From positions 62,278 through 126,277 of the IMG/VR virus record IMGVR_UViG_3300007735_000800: a stretch of 64,000 nt of DNA, one strand, 5' to 3'. The position numbers were made by a program, and so were the translations under genes. The notes under the pieces were generated by a model. The model did no database searches. It was not told where the DNA came from and worked only from the letters and a program-made list of their open reading frames with translations. Below, one piece after another: positions 63,936 to 64,000 of the stretch (its first letter is position 1; each line of letters starts with the position of its first letter). Source of the stretch: a virus.

Positions 63936-64000
63936 CTACTATCCGGCGAGCGAAGCGAGCCGGTGGACGGACTCAGGCCGGCGCTGCGCGCCGGCCTGAT
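63936..64000. repeat. CTACTATC cassette 6 (cut by window end)
   Basis: Inner TCAGGCCGGCGC/GCGCCGGCCTGA stem; window ends in ...CCTGAT; TTATCGG at 63908. Confidence 0.75.

Noticed and set aside
1-64000. Stop-codon reassignment, introns or inteins in core genes
   Set aside because: Polymerase, helicase, primase, RNR and ThyX are intact at normal length in the standard code, with no suppressor tRNA or splice motifs

Overview
Segment of a large T4-like (myovirus-type) phage genome, read in the standard genetic code. 1-21 kb holds the replication and nucleotide-metabolism core (gp44 end, gp62, regA, gp43 polymerase, uvsX, gp41, gp61, thyX, class II RNR, dUTPase), fibre/collagen/LamG structural genes and a reverse-strand lysis-like cassette. 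21-53 kb is an AT-rich late region (TAAATA promoters) with many probable capsid-packaged proteins, including two Gly-rich proteins with Planctomycete-type dockerin/EF-hand repeats. It also holds tRNAs, a circularly permuted two-piece tmRNA, GroES, a SpoU/TrmH methyltransferase and an AdoMet decarboxylase. From about 53.5 kb the sequence is clearly GC-richer, genes run on the minus strand, and most sit directly behind a near-consensus sigma70 promoter, separated by a repeated CTACTATC...GATAGTAG hairpin cassette. Eleven tRNAs are found in total. The most striking observations are the minimal permuted tmRNA, leaderless mRNA architecture at both early and late promoters, the repeated intergenic cassettes, a tRNA-Ile(UAU), two oversized tRNA-like folds, and a shuffled ERDEARR/GWDCFKENT gene-cassette array. 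All family calls come from motif recognition by eye; no searches were run.
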